A stretch of 64,000 nucleotides of DNA from Paraspadella gotoi (Eukaryota; Animalia; Chaetognatha). The position numbers and the translations under genes were made by a program. The notes beneath the pieces were generated by a model that was not told the origin of the DNA, did no database searches, and saw only the letters and a program-made list of their open reading frames with translations. Location of the stretch: positions 2,345,008 to 2,409,007 of the forward strand of contig CM119266.1 of NCBI GenBank assembly GCA_051294375.1, written 5' to 3'. Below, piece by piece: positions 1 through 11,977 of the stretch (the stretch's first letter is position 1; the number at the start of each line of letters is the position of its first letter).

Positions 1-3000
1 GTTCGCTGCAAGAGAATCTGCACTTCCTCCATCTTTAATTTCTTGACGCGATTGAAGGAGACGTTGAAATCGTAGCGGAACGCCTCGTCGAAATCGCGCG
101 GCAGGCTCATCAAGTATTTGCTCGAGCAGTCGGCGCGAACTTTGTCTTCAGAGATTCGCAAACATTTGCATCTGTCGTCGCATTTGGAAACGAAACAAGA
201 ATACATCTCTGGAGTTGCCGAGGTGAGGCTCGATTTGGGCGAGGTGAGGCTGAAGTCAGTATCGGCGATCACTTTGCAGGTTGAGTTGCGAAAGGGAAAC
301 GAATCGTGATTCGTTTGACAGGAGATCACGTGATCGTCGGCGGAATTTTCCGTCGAGAGAGCAAGAGATTTGAGCAGCAAGGCCGAGTCTTGCATGTCGC
401 ATCCGTGACAAACTTGCCACTTTTTCTGATGGTGAAAATCTGGAAAGAAGACGCCGATGCCGGAGCAATGGTACAGTTTGACGAGGCAGAACAGGTGGCG
501 CAAGTTGTAAGAGACGAGGTCATTGTCCCCCAAGTCTGAGAAAAGGGCAATAAGAAGAGAAACGAAAAAAAAAGTGCGTACGTGATCTTTATTTTTATTC
601 GATTGTTTAAAGGACTTACCTATCGTGTATTTGTTGTTGGCCGTTATATTTTCGCACTTGAACATTTGTTCCTTGGATTTAATCAGTTTTACCAATCCAC
701 CTTTCATTCTCCTCAGAGATTCAAAATCACTTGGCAGAACCAAACTGCTGATGTTGTTTCTCTGGACACCAATGAACACCGACCTGTAGCCAACGTTTCT
801 GGACAAAAAGTCGTCGAAGATTCCGTCCGATTCGTTCTTGGCCTCAAACTCCGGCCACAGATTGAATTGCTTCAGCCGGTTGTCGTTTAACCGCAAAGCG
901 GACAAAGACGGCAGCAGACGGACCAAGTTGTCGATCCGTGAGATTTTGTTCTGAGCCAAAATCAAAAATTTGAGATTGGGCAAATTGTGAAACGTGTCCC
1001 CGTTCAAGGTTTCGATTCGATTGCCGACGAGATTCAAATGAATCAATCTGGGTAGATTTTCGAAGACTCTCGGTTCCATCGTGAAAATCCGGTTCATCAT
1101 GAGCGAAATCGTTGTCACGAATTTTAAATCGGAAAATATTCCTCGAGGGATCGATGCGAGTTTGTTGCTGTCCAGAATTATTTCCTTTAATGACATTCGA
1201 GCGAAGAATCCCTTTTGGACGAATTGGATTTCGTTGGCCGAAAGGTCGACCTCTTCGGTTTGATCCCCGACGAGGAAGTTGGACTCGTTCAAGAATCTCA
1301 ATCGACACTTCCAACAGCTCAATATCTTCAACTCGTCCGAGGTGACGTTGACGAAATCGACCATCGACTTCCACGCTTGCAGCTTGACGGCGTTGACGGG
1401 GCCTTGGAGGGACGTCAGAGGATTGGCCTCGAGGCTCAACTCTTTCAAAGTCGATTTGAATGCGAGAGGAATTTGAGTAAAGTTATTCTTCGTCAATTCC
1501 AATCTGGATCCTTCGGGAAGGTGGCTCAGCGCGCCGTCCGGGTCGATGACCGAGAGGCCTAGATGGCGCAAAGTCGCCAACGTCGGTTTGAGGAATCGAG
1601 TCCGAGTCCAGGAATCGGGAAGACGACCTCCGGGGACGCCTTTGCTGTTGTCGTAGCCGACGATGGAAAGGCTCGTGATGCTGTGAATTATGGAGAACGC
1701 GGGTGAAAATGAGTGTGAATATATCGGAATATTTCTAAACGACCACAAGAGCCTCATTCCAAATTTTTATGTTTTCGACGTCGCGGTCCTAAATCAACTT
1801 GATCAGATAAGCATATATCAAATCAAGACGATGTGGCGGTAGATTCACACCGCCTCACGTCCACCCTCGTTCAGCCAGCTCAGAGGGGGAACACGACATC
1901 CCAAGCGTTGTGTCCCATTCACAGTCCTAACGACTTCCCTCTGCGTTGGCAAAGCGAGTGACTGGAGGCGTCACTGAGGGTAGGAGGCCCCTGAAGCCAA
2001 CAGTGAGATGTCCCATCCCATTGGGCATCACAGACAACCCGGCTGTTGCTCTAAGTCTTTTATTCACTCACTTCATTTTCTTTCCCATCACGACGTTCTC
2101 AAGAATTCTCATGTCCTTCGAATGAATTTTGAGATTGATCAAATTTGGCGCCTCCAGGATCCAGGGGCGCGTAAAGTTGGGCGCGCAGGGGCGCCCGTAA
2201 TCGGGGCTGAAGTCCTTCAGTTCTAGAATCTTCAAGCGGCTCGTCAGGTTGGCCGAGAGCGGCGAGAGTCGGAAAGGGCGGTCGGCGTCGCAAACCATCC
2301 ATTTGATCATTAGCTATTTAACATGAAATTGAAATTTCTCTATATTACAAAATCATTATAATTTATATGCAAATATGTATCATAAATATTCATATGTATA
2401 CATATGTCATGTTTTTCTTTAATGAAATTGAAATTTCTCTATATGATAAAATCATTATAATTTATATGTAAATATATATCATAAATATTCATATGTATTC
2501 ATATGTCATGTTTGCCTTAAATGCCCATTTTTTTAAAAAAATTATGAAAAAGTTGACTAAATAAGAAAAAAAATTGGTTCAAAGTGATCAATTCAGATTA
2601 GGATATTGTTATCTATTCGTGATTTTATTCATAAAGGGAAATGATTGGGTTTTCGCATTGATTAGCACGTAATTGAACTAAATAGTTAATTAAAATTTTC
2701 GAGCATTAATTAAAACCGTTCGAAAACTTGACAATTAAAGGAAAGAGGGACCGTGAAGGGAAGTTCCTCCGCTCCTTTCTCCACGATGGCTGCGTCGACG
2801 ATCCTTTCCAGGTCCAACTCCTTCCTCAACAGATCCTCCTCCAAATCGCATCGGACGAGGAGACTCGATCGAAATTTGGTGGAGCGACACTGGGCGTCGC
2901 TGGAGTGAAGGAGCGAAAGAGCCAGGATCAAGAGACATAATAAGAGTAGTGGTTTTGTTGACGATGTCGTCGATAGGCGTCGCTTTTTCTTATCCTCGAT

Positions 3001-3060
3001 TTCTTTCCGAACATCAACTCTGGCCGCAAATGGGAAGAAATATCCGGAGAAAATTTGCAT
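1..3060 (-). CDS. Toll-like receptor-like LRR protein (multiple cysteine cluster type ectodomain), partial; continues off the left edge
   Basis: Exons ~3060-2728, 2313-2072, 1680-620, 535-1. Hydrophobic signal-like segment (PLLLLCLLILALSLLHSSDA). Canonical LRRs (EEVDLSANEI, KEIILDSNKLASIPRGIFSDL, LIHLNLVGNRIETL, LKFLILAQNKI). Internal LRRNT cluster CDDRCKC...ADCSSKYLMSLP followed by a further LRR. No TM or TIR domain lies in the window, so TLR identity is inferred. An acceptor just upstream of the ATG implies a further 5' exon. Confidence 0.7.
1832..2053 (+). mobile_element. Solo LTR-like copy of the twister-LTR element, with an internal deletion of the ribozyme core
   Basis: Clear homology (reverse complement) to 31870-32124 and 51149-51398. 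Starts TGTGGCGG and ends GTTGCTCTA. Lacks most of the GACCG...TAAC..GC segment. Lies in an intron of the LRR gene. Confidence 0.85.
2323..2520. repeat. Tandem duplication, two ~99-bp units
   Basis: atgaaattgaaatttctctata...tatgtcatgtttt starts at 2323 and again at 2422 with few mismatches. Confidence 0.9.
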
Positions 3061-3508
3061 TTCGCTGAAAAAAAAAAAGAAGGAAAAACTTGAAGTAATG
3101 AAGAAATTTTATTTTTTTTGGGGGGGGGGCTTTTTGCCTTCCTGAAGAAAATAAAAATTAATGATTTTTACTTTAAATGTATTCAGACAATGCGAAGGAT
3201 TTAAAATACGTCCTAAATTTTATTCATTTACTGAAAAAAAGATTCGAATTGAAAAAAGACATATTTATGCCCACATTTCTAAACGCTCCGGTCTTTTTAT
3301 CCAGAAAGAAAAAAATAAACTAACACTGCTAATTAAATAAATACCAACGCCCTTATAAAACTCGGTTTGACAGGAAAAAAATTCATTTAATGCAGTCAGT
3401 GATAATTCAGAGAAAACTGACTCTTTTCTTTTCAATTATACGTACGTACTATTTGGATTTTACGTCTTTAGATTAAATATTAATATTTAATGCTTAATAT
3501 TCCTGTTT

Positions 3509-3610
<102 letters not shown>

Positions 3611-4428
3611 CGAAGCCAGCGTGGAAACTTTATTTCCATCGATGACGAAACGTAAAAGTTATGCGTTTATTGAACCTGGATAAAAAGTAATAAAACGAAA
3701 CAATTTAATAAAATTTTTAAAATCTCAGAAATAACAACGATTTAATTTTCTTCACAAAAAAAACGATTTTAACCGTAATTTTAAATTTCTTCATAAGCTA
3801 GTTTGATTTTGTATCTTTTAAAAGTTAAATTAAGAGAAAGAAAGAAGATCATACAAAAGATAAAAAAGTAAAACAGGTTTCAGATTGCATTTAACCAATT
3901 ATGACGTTAGGCTTTTGTTTCTTAACTGTATTAAGTGTCACTGTTCTCGAGATTGTTAATAATCGAGTTAAACTTAACTTCGATGCTTAATTAGCAGTTT
4001 CAAGGCGTTGGGCCGCTGTGACTTTCTTTTGCCTATACATTTTCAGATATTCACGTGACTCCACAAGTCTGAAACATGTACAGTTGTACATGTACATTGT
4101 ACACTGTACAATTTGTACAATTTGTACAGTGTACACAACTAGCATCTTATGTTTGGTTACGTCTCTGTTAAGTATCAATAAAAACAGCCAAATATTACGC
4201 GAAATATGCCGCTTATGCTTTTAGATCACGTGACTTAAATTCTTCGTGGTCACATGACTAACAAATAATAAAACATATGTACAAGAAGCATTTGCTGATA
4301 CCAGTCTGTCGAATATCAACTAAAGTGACTCAGTATTTCATGGATGATGCCGCATTGAATTTCTGGTCATATGACCATTTTTTTAGGAGATCACGTGACT
4401 GCCCGAGTACTCTGATACATATGTACTA

Positions 4429-5010
4429 GAGCGTAGTGAAAGTTACATACGAAAATTCTAAATGTTAATTATGAACAACATAGCATCAGTGAACATTAAT
4501 TTGTAAAAAAAAAATTAATTTTATATTCTTCAATTTTCGCAGTAGGCTATATTTATATATAGTACTATCCTTATAAAATCGAAAAATTTCAAAATAGGCT
4601 TTTCTTAATTTTGATAGCAGATTTGAATTCCTCGTCAAAAATTGATAAAAGAAAATATAAATCATTTTTAAAAGTTCTTTCATTAAGTATAGGTTAAAAA
4701 TTAAAAAAACTATATTTAATATTTAAAATTTTAATTTTCACCTTGAAATATAGGTTTTCTTTATATTTGATCAACTTAATGAAATAACTTTTTAAAAAGA
4801 GTTATATTTCTTTATATCAACTTTTCATGACGAATCCAAATCTGCAAAAAAATCTTACAAAAAATATTTTTAAATTTTAACATTTATAGGATTAGTAATA
4901 GTAGAAAAATGTCCTACTGCATAAATTGTAAAATTTATTATTAAATTTTTTTATACATAAATGTTCATTAGTATGACGTTGTTAATTCCTCACTTTTAGA
5001 ATTTTAATTA
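4429..5010. mobile_element. AT-rich foldback MITE family A, copy 1
   Basis: Begins gcgtagtgaaagttacata and aligns by eye to the reverse complement of 33044-33642. Right boundary approximate. Confidence 0.75.
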
Positions 5011-5185
5011 CGTTATGTACGTTAAAGGTTTTAAAGTATCTACCAAATATAAACTTAATTGAAGTAATATTAGTCAAGTTATGAGCATTAAAATATAAGT
5101 TGGACATACTGACTGACAGACATACAGACAGCTAGCCAGACAGAGTGATTGACAGAAAGATCGAAAGGGACAGAGTCGCTCCGCG

Positions 5186-5572
5186 AAAGGAAAGGAAAGG
5201 AAAGGAAAGGAAAGGAAAGGAAATGAAAGGAAAGGAAAGGAAAAGGAAGGAAAGGAAAAGGAATGGAAAGGAAATGGAAAGGAAAGGAAGGAAAGGAAAT
5301 GGAAAGGAAAAGAGGAAATGAAAGGAAAGGAAAGGAAAGGAAGGAAAGCACTAGAAATTAGAATGGAATGGAATGGAAAGGAAAGGAAAGGAAAGGAAGG
5401 AAAAGGAAAGGAAAGGAAAGGAAAGGAAAGGATATAAATTAGAATGGAAACGGGAAAGGATAAGGAAAGGAAAATAAAGGAAAGGAAAGGAAAGGAGGTA
5501 AGGAAGGAAAGGAATGAAAAGAAAAGAAAAGAAAAGAAAAGAAAAGAAAAGAATAGAAACGAAAAGAAAAAT
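5186..5572. repeat. (GGAAA)n/(GAAAA)n purine-rich simple repeat
   Basis: Directly visible; followed by (GAC)n at ~5635-5672. Confidence 0.95.
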
Positions 5573-5634
5573 AGGGAGAGAAGAGTGCAGCAAAGGTGAA
5601 AGGAAACGAAGACACAAAAAAAAACGATAAAAAT

Positions 5635-5672
<38 letters not shown>

Positions 5673-7353
5673 CCGAGATTGTCGCCTCAATCGTCGGTTG
5701 TGGCGCCATCAATCCGCCATCTAAAAGATTGAAGGGATATCTCACTTCCTTTCTCTCTCTCTCTCTCTCTTCTTCTCTCTCTCTTCTCTCTCTCTTCTCT
5801 CTCTCTCTCTCTCTCCCTCCCCCTCCAAGGACTCCATCTCTATCAATTCCTCGACAAAAAGGGATAAAAAGGTTCTATGTTTGTGTCGACGCCGGGGGGC
5901 GCCGCGTCGCGGAGATCGCGCCGCTTTTTGCTCCGGCGCTTCTATTTATTCAATTTGGGAATCGTAAAAAAGGGGAAATTTTTCGTACATAGAAAATATG
6001 TCATATTTCCGGGGTTTGAGAGGAGGAGAGAGGAGGAGGAGGAGGAGGAGGAGAGAAAATAAAAGATTGGCTCTCTTTTGAGAGCTGTCGAGGACGGCGT
6101 CGGCGGCGTCGGCGGCGTCGATACGGCGTCGGCGACGGAAGCTACGACGACCAAAGTATCATCATGATAATTGATTGTTATCATATATTTCGTTACTTTT
6201 ACATTCTGAGGTAAGTTTCGCAAACGTTAATATAAATCAAAATTTCACAGAGATGTATCATGGCGCCACGATTTATTTATTTAAATTTTATTATACTTAA
6301 TTAGGAAATATTTATCTTACAACAATATATAAATATATATTATAATATCCAATATATTATACATAACAACTTTTAATTTTAGTAACAAAAATATTTTAGA
6401 CAAACCTTTTGGTTTAAATTGTTTTTTGAAAAGAACGGAGAAAATATTGTCACTCTCTATCTCTATTTTAGCCAGTCCAAAGTCAGAGACAAGATAGCTT
6501 AAGTGAATGTGTAAGAGATTCAATCTCATTTAACATAATTTTAATAATAGTAATTTTTATAATGGTTGTACCAATTTCATATATCATTTCATAATATGAT
6601 TTATCGAATAATATATTTTGATTACGAACGATGGTGACGAGTAAATGACAGGCCTGGCGCCGAGAGAACCTCGGGGGGCGCTTGGCAGGTGAAGTGTTAA
6701 TGAGATGATGGAGGCAAATAATGCGCGGCGGCTGCGGGGAGCGGTTGCGGAGGGCGGCGGCGGGAGGCGGCGGGCGGCGGCGGCGGCGTGAGGTAAAGGA
6801 ATAAGAAAGGACTAAATGAGATGGAAATGACATCGACTCTCAGAAATGACATCGAGAGACGCGGAGAGAATTAAATGAGAAAAACAACAACAAAGCACAA
6901 CGAAAGGAGGGGGGAGAGAGAGAGGAGAGAGAGAGAAGAGAAGAGAGGAAGAGAGAGAGAGAGAGAGAGAAGAGAGAGAGGACAGAGAGAGGATTAGGAG
7001 ATGGAATCCGAGCTTCCGTCTCCTTTTTTGATCCCGGACCATCGACCGATGACACCACTGATGGTGGCGTCGACGGCAGCCGCAAATGGCACCGCAAATG
7101 GCACCGCAAATGGCATCGTAAATGGCAATGCAAATGGCGACTGAGTACTTTTTCGGGGCTTTATTGATTTAATATGGTTTGTTGTTGTTGTTGTCCTCGC
7201 CTGAATCTGTTGTTTCATTTTCTTTTCCCTCTACGGTTTTGTAAAGAGTAAGGAAGGTAAGCGAAAAAGGGAAACAAAATCTTTGAAATCATCAATAAAC
7301 GAACAGTAAAGCAGGGATTAGTTATGAGTTGTTTTCGTCCTTTTTTTTGTAAA

Positions 7354-7420
7354 TAAATAATAGACACTAAATAAATACGCCTTCAGTCTGAAGGAGTATT
7401 TATTTAGTGTCTATTATTTA
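7354..7420. repeat. 67-bp near-perfect palindrome
   Basis: taaataatagacactaaataaatac-g-ccttcag-t-ctgaagg-a-gtatttatttagtgtctattattta: one mismatch and a 1-nt centre. Confidence 0.92.
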
Positions 7421-7971
7421 GTTCAGATAAGGAACATCGCAACTGTTCCTTTGTTGCTGAAAGGGCGAAACGACAGGGTTTTTCCTCAGCTTCGGCCTCT
7501 TCCAGCCTTTGAAAGAATCAATATTAACAAGTGAACATAGCAGGTCGTTTCTGGAAAACCCGTAATTTTCTTCCGCACCGGGACTTTTTCGAAAAAGTTT
7601 TGAAGGCAAAATACAGAACTTGGGCGGCGGAGGACACGCAAAACTCGTCGTTGGTTGCGAAGCGACGACCCGGCGGAGCAGCAAACAAGAAACCATTTGT
7701 TGTCATGGGGTTCTGTCGCTATATGTAATATGGGAGGAAAAATTGTTTATTAGAATTTTATTGTTATAAAAAAATTAACATTTTATCTGGTTCTTCAAAA
7801 TCAAATTTAAAGTCATTTAATATCAATCACCCTGATCTTGTATTTATTCTATTTTCGTGATGTCTAAAAAAATTTTTCTAGGTAAAACCATTTTTTTCAT
7901 TGATTGCCTTTTGCAAATATATGTATAAAAAAACGACCGAATAAAACTAAACTAAAAACCAAAAACAAATT

Positions 7972-10900
7972 ATGTCGGAATCGCCGGGCGATACTTCGGC
8001 CGACGCCGAGTCACCGAAGCCATCGATAGCGGCGCCGTCTTCGGTTGGCGACGCCGGTGGTGCCCCCACTGGCACCGTAAATGGCGCCGCGGATATCGAG
8101 AAGTTGGCGATCGACGAATCGTCTTTCGCTTCGTTGGAGAAAGAGTTTCAGGTTCGAAATGTGCAAATACAATGCTTACATTCATTAATATTATTGTTAT
8201 CGTTAAAAGTAAATTGCATTGATAAAATTGAATATCGAGACTTTATTTGAATTATAAGATCTTATTCGCTGGTATTGCCAAAAAAAAAGTGTTATCCGTG
8301 TTTGATAAGAATTTTAAGTCTTTAAAATAAAACTTAATCCTAGTTAAAATCTGATTTATCTTTTGATTTCTCAGGAAGTTCTGCAAGAATTGATGGGCGA
8401 CCGAAATCTGGAGAGGTTCAGAGTGGAATACGAAAAGCTTCACCGCGCGTTGTCCAAATCTCACGAGAGCGAGAAAAGACTCATGAATAAATGTCGGGAA
8501 CTCAACTCGGGTAAGAATGGAAATGTTGGAAAGGATTTAAAACAAAATTTATTACTAATAAAGATGTTCACGAAAAGACGGAATTTTATTTTTGTTTCGA
8601 GCGTTCTTTAGCGTAAATTGAAGCCGAATATTTTTTTTATTTTTTATTACAAAAAACGATAGAACTATGGTATAAAAATAAAATAAAAATTCCGGTTTTC
8701 TGCCACTTGTATAATTAAAATTTGTTTTATTAAAAATCGTTTCATTCTCCGTGGAAATTTTAAAGATATTTAGTTATTTATTTATTTATTATATTGAATA
8801 AATCTGCAGAGATCGTGGCGAACTCGGCGAAAGTGACGACTGCGCTTAAACTGTCGCAACAAGATCAAGAGACGATCGCCTCTTTGAAGAAAGAGATCGA
8901 GAAGGTGATAGGAGTGATGAAAGGAGTGATAAAAGGAGTGATAAAAGGAGTCATGAAAGGAGTGATAAAAGGAGAGATGAAAGGAGTCATGAAAGGAGTC
9001 ATGAAAGGAATGATGAAAGGAGTGATAAAAGGAGTCATGAAAGGAGTCATGAAAGGAGTGATGAAAGGAGTGATAAAAGGAGTGAGGAAATGAGTGATGA
9101 AAGGAGTGATGAAAGGTGTGATAAAAGGAGTCATGAAAGGAGTGTTGAAAGGAGTGATAAAAGGAGTGATGAAAGGAGTGTTAAAAGGATTGATGAAATG
9201 AGTGATGAAAGGAGTGATGAAAGAAATGATAAAAGGAGTGATTCTAAGTGTAATAGGGAGTGATATAAATTTCTAAAATGGTAATATGAGTCAGAAAAAA
9301 AGTGATAATAATTTTTAAAAATGTTAGTAGGGTGGCATAATAGTTTGATAATAGTTATAATATTGAGTATATATCGTTATTACTCCCATGGTATTGGAAG
9401 GATAAAAGAAGTTATGTTGCGATGGCAAAGAGTAACACGTTGGATTTTTGAAAAAAAAAAAATTTTAACACGCATTCTTACGAGATCTGCTAGGTGATAA
9501 CCTTACTTCCTTTCTTACAGTGTTCAATGCTTAATGCTGACCTTACCTTCTTGTCTTTAATCAGGCCTGGAAGATGGTGGATCAGGCTCACGAGAAGGAG
9601 ACCCGAGCCCGCGAGACCATCCAAAGCCTCAAGCTTGAGATAACCAACCTGTCCAAGCTGGTGGAGCAAGGGGCGGGGCTCAGCATCGGGCAGGAACAGG
9701 GCGTCAATGAACTCTTGCGGCAGAAGGAGGAATTGCAAAGGTGAGGAGCGAATGAGGAAGGTTGGGTCATTTGATTGATTGACTCTCTCGACTGAGTTAC
9801 GGATTGACTGATTTCAAAATTAACTGCGGAATGACTGTGATTGGTTACTAACTGATTTGAATGACCGAATGGCGAATTGACTGACTGACTGGTAGAATTT
9901 TTGATTGATTAGGTGATTGGGGGCATCAATTAGTAACGGATAGCCTGACTGATTGAATTGCTGACTGGCTGATTGATGACTGAATGGGTGATTAAAAAAA
10001 GCTGCGAAAACAACTGAGATATATATACACAAATGTTTCTTAAATCTAAATTATTTACCGTACAATTGAATAATATGGTGGAGGTTTTTTTTTTCCACTC
10101 CTCTAATTCAATGCGCCTAATCTCTCTTTCCCCACCCAACTCCTCTCTCGCTCCAGCGAACGCGACGCCCAGCTGCAGGAGCTGGTCTCTCTACGGGAGC
10201 AGCTCTCCTCCGCTCAAGACAAACAGTCTCGTCTTGAGACGGAGAAGGATGAAGCGGAAATGAAAATCGCTGAGCTGACGCAAGACATTCAGATGCGGAA
10301 CAACGAAGTTCAGCGGGAAATGAGGAAGAAGGTCAGTTTGCGGGCGAAGTTAGTGGGTGAGTCAAGAACGCGTATTAATAGATGCTGGAAAAAAGGGACT
10401 GGTGTGTGAATGAAGAACGTGGATAGATGAGAAATAGGTGGTTATGGGTGTAAAATTACAATATTTCGTAAATACTTTTAAAAATCTGTTGTTTAATTTT
10501 GTACGTAATACGAATATTTCATCACCGAAACTACTTAAAATAGTAAATCTCGTTACGAGTTAATGGAACTTCATATAAATTTTTATCAAATTCCCACCCC
10601 CCGGTTTTCAGGATCGAATCGAGAGAGAGATCAAAACGGCCAAGTCGGAGCTCGACGCCAAGCAGGGCGAGCTGAAGGCCATGCAGGGTCAGCTGGAGCG
10701 GACGAAGGGAGACGTGACCAAACTGGAGATCAGTTTGAAGGAACAGAAGATCTTGTACGAACGCTCCGTCAAAGAGGTGGACATCCTCAACACTCGGTTG
10801 CAGAAGTTGCAGGGAGATTATGATCTACAGGTAAATTGTCCATGCTTCGTCATACTTCTGTCCAATCTTTGTCAACACTTCTGTCAAACTATCCTCCAAA

Positions 10901-11917
10901 CTTTTGTCCATTTTTTCTCTAATCTTTGTCCCATCTTTGTCAAACCATCTAACTTCTAGCATCTAGTCACACCTGGTCAATTTGGCTTCAAAATATCTCT
11001 CTTCTTTTTTCCAACATTTATCCTTACTCTGTCCCAAATTGTGTCCAATCCTTCATCCAACCTTTTCATCCCACAGATCTACAACAACGAGCAAATGGCG
11101 GGAGAGAACGAACAGAAAAAGGCGGACCTCAAGACGAAGGAGGAAGAGATCGCAACGCTGCGTCAGGACACGCAGCGCCTGACCAAGATGCGGGAGACGA
11201 TACAGCGAAAACTGAGGACGACTGAGGACGCGAAGGCCGACGTGGAGCAGCAGAAGGTGAGGGAAGGTTGGGTCGAGGCGGTTCGCGTTGGAGGTCAGCA
11301 GAATTCGGTAAAAAGTGGAAGATAAGAATGACGAAGGCGAGGTAATTTTGAAAAAATACTAAGGTTGTCGATAAAGACCCAGTCCCAACAAAAGATGCTA
11401 ATTTTTAGAAATAGATTAATCTTTCGAAAGGAGGTCAACGATGATAAGCGAAACTGAGACGGCCGTGTTTTCGATTCTATTATGTTTCAGCCTCATTTGC
11501 ACCTTTTTTGTATTAAAATGAACTTTATACCGTATTCGTGTTATTTCCTATCAATTAATTATTTAAGGATAAGTTTATCTTGGCTGCCGTTATTTGATAC
11601 TCACCCCCACCTTCCGGCATTTTCCTCTAGGAAACTCTCAAAAGTCAAATCGTGGGACTCGAGAGAGAATTGGAAACGAGTCGCAAACAGGCCGAGGCCG
11701 ACCGCAAGACCATCGACGAGCTCGTCCGCGAACGCGACATCCTCAACAAGAACCTCGTCAAGGCCGCGGGCGCAACGCAGAAGCAGATGAACTTGGTCAA
11801 GTTGCACGAGCAGTCGAAAAAGAATTTGGAGCAAGAGATCGCCAATTACAAGGAGGAGGGCGCAGAAGCAGAGGAAACTGATCCATCAACTGGAGAAGGA
11901 GAGGGATAGGTGAGAGG

Positions 11918-11977
<60 letters not shown>

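Noticed and set aside
5074-5745. 223-aa F/S/P/L-rich ORF and similar ORFs at 59870-60394 and 60943-61327
   Set aside because: These are translations of simple purine/pyrimidine repeats, not genes.
7698-7711. RFX X-box upstream of CFAP58 (gttgtcatggggtt)
   Set aside because: Only one half-site matches, which is too weak to call.
8794-9134. GVMK/TPFI repeat ORFs
   Set aside because: Read-through of a CFAP58 donor into a 12-bp intronic minisatellite.
11858-11860. +1 frameshift in a CFAP58 exon (possible programmed frameshift or pseudogene)
   Set aside because: Removing one G from the G run restores EEAQKQRKLIHQLEKERDR. The gene is otherwise intact and similar indels occur elsewhere, so assembly error is most likely.
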